Under the pieces are notes generated by a model. The model worked only from the letters and a program-made list of their open reading frames with translations, did no database searches and had not been told where the DNA came from. DNA of 63,924 nucleotides, counting the filler, from Octopus bimaculoides (taxonomy: Eukaryota), in assembly GCF_001194135.2 (NCBI RefSeq). It is 7 parts of 7 records of this genome, joined end to end, with 100 filler letters (N's around TTAATTAATTAA, not from the genome) between each part and the next. Parts side by side here need not be neighbours in the genome. Positions count along the whole stretch, not along the records: positions 51,672 to 61,101 come from NC_068989.1; positions 61,202 to 62,804 come from NW_026433792.1; positions 62,905 to 63,924 come from NW_026407367.1; 4 more parts are not named here. The stretch is one strand, 5' to 3'. The position numbers and the translations under genes are program-made. Shown piece after piece: positions 58,191-63,924 of the stretch. Within the stretch, counting starts at the first letter, position 1; the number at the start of each line of letters is the position of its first letter.

Positions 58191-59129
58191 TGCTGCTGGT
58201 TCTATTACAGTCTTTTGTGTTCGAATAATCTGTTAATTAAATCATGCCACATTCCATAAAAGACCTTGTCATTGTACTTACACACACGTCTATACATACG
58301 TATATATGTATGTATATATATGTGTATNNNNNNNNNNNNNNNNNNNNNNNNNNNNNNNNNNNNNNNNNNNNNNNNNNNNNNNNNNNNNNNNNNNNNNNNN
58401 NNNNNNNNNNNNNNNNNNNNNNNNNNNNNNNNNNNNNNNNNNNNNNNNNNNNNNNNNNNNNNNNNNNNNNNNNNNNNNNNNNNNNNNNNNNNNNNNNNNN
58501 NNNNNNNNNNNNNNNNNNNNNNNNNNNNNNNNNNNNNNNNNNNNNNNNNNNNNNNNNNNNNNNNNNNNNNNNNNNNNNNNNNNNNNNNNNNNNNNNNNNN
58601 NNNNNNNNNNNNNNNNNNNNNNNNNNNNNNNNNNNNNNNNNNNNNNNNNNNNNNNNNNNNNNNNNNNNNNNNNNNNNNNNNNNNNNNNNNNNNNNNNNNN
58701 NNNNNNNNNNNNNNNNNNNNNNNNNNNNNNNNNNNNNNNNNNNNNNNNNNNNNNNNNNNNNNNNNNNNNNNNNNNNNNNNNNNNNNNNNNNNNNNNNNNN
58801 NNNNNNNNNNNNNNNNNNNNNNNNNNNNNNNNNNNNNNNNNNNNNNNNNNNNNNNNNNNNNNNNNNNNNNNNNNNNNNNNNNNNNNNNNNNNNNNNNNNN
58901 NNNNNNNNNNNNNNNNNNNNNNNNNNNNNNNNNNNNNNNNNNNNNNNNNNNNNNNNNNNNNNNNNNNNNNNNNNNNNNNNNNNNNNNNNNNNNNNNNNNN
59001 NNNNNNNNNNNNNNNNNNNNNNNNNNNNNNNNNNNNNNNNNNNNNNNNNNNNNNNNNNNNNNNNNNNNNNNNNNNNNNNNNNNNNNNNNNNNNNNNNNNN
59101 NNNNNNNNNNNNNNNNNNNNNNNNNNNNN

Positions 59130-59175
<46 letters not shown>

Positions 59176-59579
59176 AGCAGCTGCATGAAACACACCCAAA
59201 TACGAACGCTCTCTTTCTCGTTCTCTTCTGCCAATACAATGGGGGTGAGAGACCGGAGGGAGACAGTCCATTAACAAGAACAACAACATACCACCACCAC
59301 CACCACTACCAGCACCACCACCATTCATCGACAGTTTTACCATCCTCTTGTTTTTTTCAATTATCCAATACGTTTTTGAAATATCCTTACACGCCAACGC
59401 TACACAAACCATTCACACAGTCACCAATGCAAGAACCCCTTAGTGGCAGATGATTCTGCTAGAAATCACAGTCGTATTGTAAATGTCACCTTATTGCGTG
59501 AAACGAAACAAGTGGGTTCCTTTTGTTTTTATTATATATCACTAAAACGGGTTAAAAACTGTTGAACCTTCTTGAAGCT

Positions 59580-59800
59580 GTTGTTCTTGTTTAGCCCCAG
59601 GTCAGTCCTACAGTCAGTCCTATGATAGAATATGTCTCATATGTGACTACCCCATCTTTTATTCAGATGTAGTGTATCTAAGACTACATTATCTAATGTA
59701 TAGTATAGTAATTAGTATTTGTATAGTTGTTGATGTTCTTGTTTAACCCCAGGTTACCCCTGAGATGACAGACCTATGATCAAAAACGCTCCGATCAAGA
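59580..59800 (-). mobile_element. Two tandem degenerate 3' ends of a further SINE/LINE family, (AAC)n-tailed
   Basis: gttcttgtttagccccaggtcag...cctatgat occurs twice. Plus-strand homologues lie at 63420-63455 and 63660-63745. Confidence 0.6.
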
Positions 59801-59809
59801 CATTGGGAA

Positions 59810-60680
59810 ATATTTCGCATGAAAATATACATAAATGCAGTGCAGCCTGCATATACAGGCCTCCAAGGGACTGCAATCTCAGAGTCAAAGACAGTAAAAG
59901 ACTTGGAGATCAATATGTGCAATGAGGCATCATTTCATATGCACGTTATCAAGATGGCAGTAAAGTGCAGGCAACTGGCAGGATGTTCTTCAAGACAAGA
60001 GACCAAGAAGTTATGTTGACTCAGTGGGAGACCTTTGTTCTCAGCCGCCTGGACTCCTGATCTCAGATATGGTCACCACATAGTGCCAAACTAACAGCGA
60101 GGCTTGAAGCAGTCCAACTAAAAAGATTGAAACAAAGAAGCGGGTAAGCTACAGGGAGACGTTAAAAACACTGCGACTTTACTCTCTGGAGCGAAGGTAT
60201 GACAGATACGCAATAATCTACATATGGAAAACTGTAGAAGAACTAGCACCTAATTTTGGCATTGAATTTTATAGAAATGCCAGAACGGGACGCCATTGTA
60301 TTGTACCAAAGGTACCATACACTCCACCTAAATTCAGGACCAGGTACTGCAATAGCCTAGGGTTCAAAAGCCCATAGCTCTTCAATGCCCTGCCACAAAA
60401 ATTAAGAAATCTGCATAATGTGAAAGTGGATGTCTTCAAAGAGGAACTAGACATGCTCTTCTCCATAATACCGGATCGGATGAAACCCGGCATATGGTAC
60501 AGATGTGGGCAACGGAATCAAACTCCCTTATACAGCATATGGGCCAACAGCTGGGACAAAGGCACATACAAGAGTGGTGAGGTGAAACCCCGCTAGCTGG
60601 AGGAAATCAGCAAAACCACGGTGATGCTCCAACATGGAAGCGGCTGCGTGGCTGAAACGAATAAAAAACGATTAAAAAAC
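59810..60680 (+). mobile_element. CR1/L2-like LINE: RT C-terminus, post-RT domain and 3' end
   Basis: TVKDLEI...SF..HV.K.A.KCRQLAG, TFVLSRLDS..QIWSPH, LEAVQ, LYSLERRYDRYAIIYIWK, LFNALP..LRNL...FKEELD. Frameshifted. Confidence 0.88.
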
Positions 60681-60924
60681 TTATTTGGAGACGAAATCAA
60701 TGGCGATAGGCATTAACTGTCGTTGTGTCCGAAAATGTATTTCAGCCAATTTTTTCCTATTAAACATAATTTTGTAAATAATTTTTTTTTTCTATCAGTT
60801 TTAATACATTAAAAATGTATTGCTTATTTATTGTCATTTTTTATTAACTATTAGTTCTTATATACTAAATTAGATTATTTATGAATATTCACACGTGACA
60901 GCCAATGTTACAACAATTGACGCA

Positions 60925-61080
60925 GTTGTGGTTGTGTGGTAAGAAGTTTGCTTCCCAACCACATGGTTCCGGGTTCAGTTCGACTGCGTGGCACCTTGTT
61001 CAAATGTCTTCAACTATAGCCTCAGGCCGACCAAAATCTTGTGAGTGGATTTGGTAGACGCAAACTGAAAGAAACCCGTT
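60925..61080 (+). mobile_element. SINE family B head (runs into gap)
   Basis: gtgtggtaagaagtttgcttcccaaccacatggttccgggttcag. Confidence 0.88.
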
Positions 61081-61525
61081 ATCTTATACATATATATATA
61101 TNNNNNNNNNNNNNNNNNNNNNNNNNNNNNNNNNNNNNNNNNNNNTTAATTAATTAANNNNNNNNNNNNNNNNNNNNNNNNNNNNNNNNNNNNNNNNNNN
61201 NATTATACACATGTAGAGCTTGAAACACGTGTACCGCGGAATCCTTTGTAATTTTGTTATATATATATATATATATATAATAGACATGTCCGTATATATG
61301 CATACGTATGTATTACATGTTATCGCATTGCTTGGATTTACATAGCATCGAAACTTCTGGACTATGTTTTATTGAAAGGAAAATAGATATGCACACATTT
61401 GGGCAAACTTTAAGTAAAGGACACATATATGTATACATAACTGTATGCATAAAATGTTATATATAAACATTGCTAGCTATACGAATATAAATCGAAGTGT
61501 GTAAGAATATGTGTGCATATATACA

Positions 61526-61562
<37 letters not shown>

Positions 61563-62071
61563 AAAAATATATGTATATATATCCATAAATATGTGTACGT
61601 ACACACGTATATATGTAGGTAGACATATAAACAAAAATTTCATTATTTTATGTTGATTGTGCGCGATAGTGTTTTCCCCGACCTTGGTGCTTTCACAACT
61701 TAAATACCTCATTCTCTCGAAACCTGGAATTATATATAACTAAATATGTGTGTGTGTGTGTGTGTGTGCGTGCGTGCGCGCGTGTATGTGTGTGCGTGCG
61801 TGCGCGCGTGTATGTGTGTGCGCGCGCGAGTGTGCGTGTGTGCTCTGTGTGGCTAATAAAAGAAAGATATGCGTCTACGTATGTTTGCACGCATGCATGT
61901 ATGCATGTATGCATGTAATCATGTATGGATGGATGGATGGATGGATGAATAGACCTTTTGAAAGGTTTTATAAATTTTGAATATTAAGAAAACGAACGCA
62001 GTTACGATTTGGGTAAAAGCTATTTTATTTATGTAGCGAAATTCGGCCCCTTTGAGGTATTCATCATTAAT

Positions 62072-62205
62072 AAGCGTAGCTGTGTGGTAAGAATCTTGCT
62101 TCCCAACGACATGGTTCCGGGTTCAGTCCCACTGTGTGGCACATTCGGCTAGTGTCTTCTACTCAGACCAACCAAAGCTTTGTGACTGGATTTGGTAGAC
62201 AACTA
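62072..62205 (+). mobile_element. SINE family B head, 3'-truncated
   Basis: gctgtgtggtaagaatcttgcttcccaacgacatggttccgggttcagtccc. Confidence 0.85.
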
Positions 62206-62507
62206 CCAAATAGATAGATAGATAGATACACACATACATACATGCATACATGCATGCAAACATACATACATGCATACATACATACATACATACATGCATA
62301 CATACATACATACATACATACATATGCAGAATAGCAAATTATTAATATTGCTTTGTTGTTATTCTCTTGTGGGATATGAGATGTTTATGGAAGAGATGAC
62401 TTTTTTTTTTTTTGAATTCTGTAAAATCTTACGGGTGCACTCAACACTCTTATTACACAAATGTGCTGTACACAAATGTGAGTACATAATTAAATATGCA
62501 TATATAG

Positions 62508-62603
62508 GTACACAACCGACATTCTGGACACCGGTGGGACCAAAACGCTTGTGATCCGCTCTAACTTACGACAAAGAATTTTGAATTTACCACGGCAGCT
62601 AAT
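62508..62603 (+). CDS. Possible next exon (phase 2) of the host gene
   Basis: The phase-2 frame is open: YTTDILDTGGTKTLVIRSNLRQRILNLPRQL. Acceptor (atatatag) and donor (gtagtt) are both weak. Confidence 0.2.
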
Positions 62604-63196
62604 GTAGTTTACTGACTATAGCACATTATATAGTACAATATTAAAAAGAAATTGCACTATTTATACTAATATAGGGTACCCTGTATTTCCTTTAATCATT
62701 TAAGTGAATTCAGTTTTTGTTTAATTTAGAGAGTTATATACGTGTCTGTGTATGTATATATGTATGCATGTATATATATATATATATATAGATAGATAGA
62801 TAGANNNNNNNNNNNNNNNNNNNNNNNNNNNNNNNNNNNNNNNNNNNNTTAATTAATTAANNNNNNNNNNNNNNNNNNNNNNNNNNNNNNNNNNNNNNNN
62901 NNNNCCCCCCTCTCTCTCTCTCTCCCTCTCTCTCTCTCCCTAACAACGATTGAAATTTAGGCAAGAAAAGCAATATAATATTCTTGAGGAAAAGGCGTTT
63001 GAGGGGAAAACCAGATTGTTTCCATCAGCTAAATCCTCCATCGTTCACCATCACCATCACCATCACCATCACCATCACCATCACCATTGGCAACAACATC
63101 GGCAACAACATCGCTCATTGTTGTCCATCATCGTCATCAACGTCATTATTTTACCACCGTTACCGACCGATGCAAACACTAACTAGCAAGCCACCA

Positions 63197-63241
<45 letters not shown>

Positions 63242-63924
63242 ATCTTCATCCTCCTCCTCATCATCATCCTCATCACCAGCATCCCCAATATCACCACAAT
63301 GCTTATTCTGTTAGAAACAACAGCCAGCTTTCCTCCAAATCACATTCCACTCTCTTGATAAAAGATGATTTAATTCATAACACTTCCTGTTGAGAAAAAG
63401 AAAATAAATAAAAGAGAGGTTGGTCACGGTTGGAATGCCCTATGATAAGAACAACTACAACCATCGCCGTCACAAATACTACCACCACCATCACCACCCC
63501 GGCCCCGACCACTTCTTCCTCCGCCACCGCCACCACCTCCTTTCATCCTCCCCACTTTCTTCACTTCTTCAACACCAACATTAGCCGAGCCAAGGAGGAA
63601 GCCTGCAAGACATAGTAGTCAAATTTCCCTCAGATCATACTCTACCATCTTAATTGAAGACGAGATAGTCATGGTTGGAGTGCTTTTAATCATATGTTTG
63701 CTCGGTCAGGCCTGACCCATGGCGCCAAACAACTATAACAACAACAAACACAACAGCAACACAATCAGAACCGTGACCATCACCACGAATAACACCATCA
63801 ACACCAACATCATCAATCTCACCACCACCACCACCACCACCAATACCACCACCTTCACTATCTCTCTCTACAACCTCCACTGCCATCATGCTTATTAACA
63901 CCCCCAGTCCTATCAACATCTACA

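Overview
AT-rich, gap-ridden eukaryotic DNA, almost certainly a coleoid cephalopod (Octopus-like). That assignment is inferred from the SINE families and the extreme microsatellite load, not proven. Most long ORFs in the supplied track are microsatellite or N-gap artefacts. The window is mostly intron of a + strand gene that the ORF track misses. Five short exons with compatible phases (33919-34029, 37626-37703, 39505-39628, 51754-51860, 54198-54280) spell a peptide resembling the lophotrochozoan LolA-fold/ependymin-like repeat proteins. The surrounding DNA holds tRNA-derived SINEs with interchangeable heads and tails, and fragments of RTE, CR1/L2, Tx1/L1 and R4/Dong-like LINEs. It also holds Penelope-like elements (PLEs), several mariner lineages, a pogo/Tigger remnant, hAT MITEs and a Helitron piece. 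Main findings: (1) a PLE-linked type I hammerhead ribozyme family in three copies with compensatory base changes; one copy is fused in inverted orientation to a PLE body through a perfect palindrome. (2) A stop-free ~400-codon LINE ORF1-only (HAL1-like) element whose 3' end shares motifs with a SINE tail and a Tx1-type ORF2 remnant. (3) A SINE/LINE pair sharing a 3' tail, visible within the window. No database search was run. Family names come from motif recognition, and most repeat boundaries are approximate.
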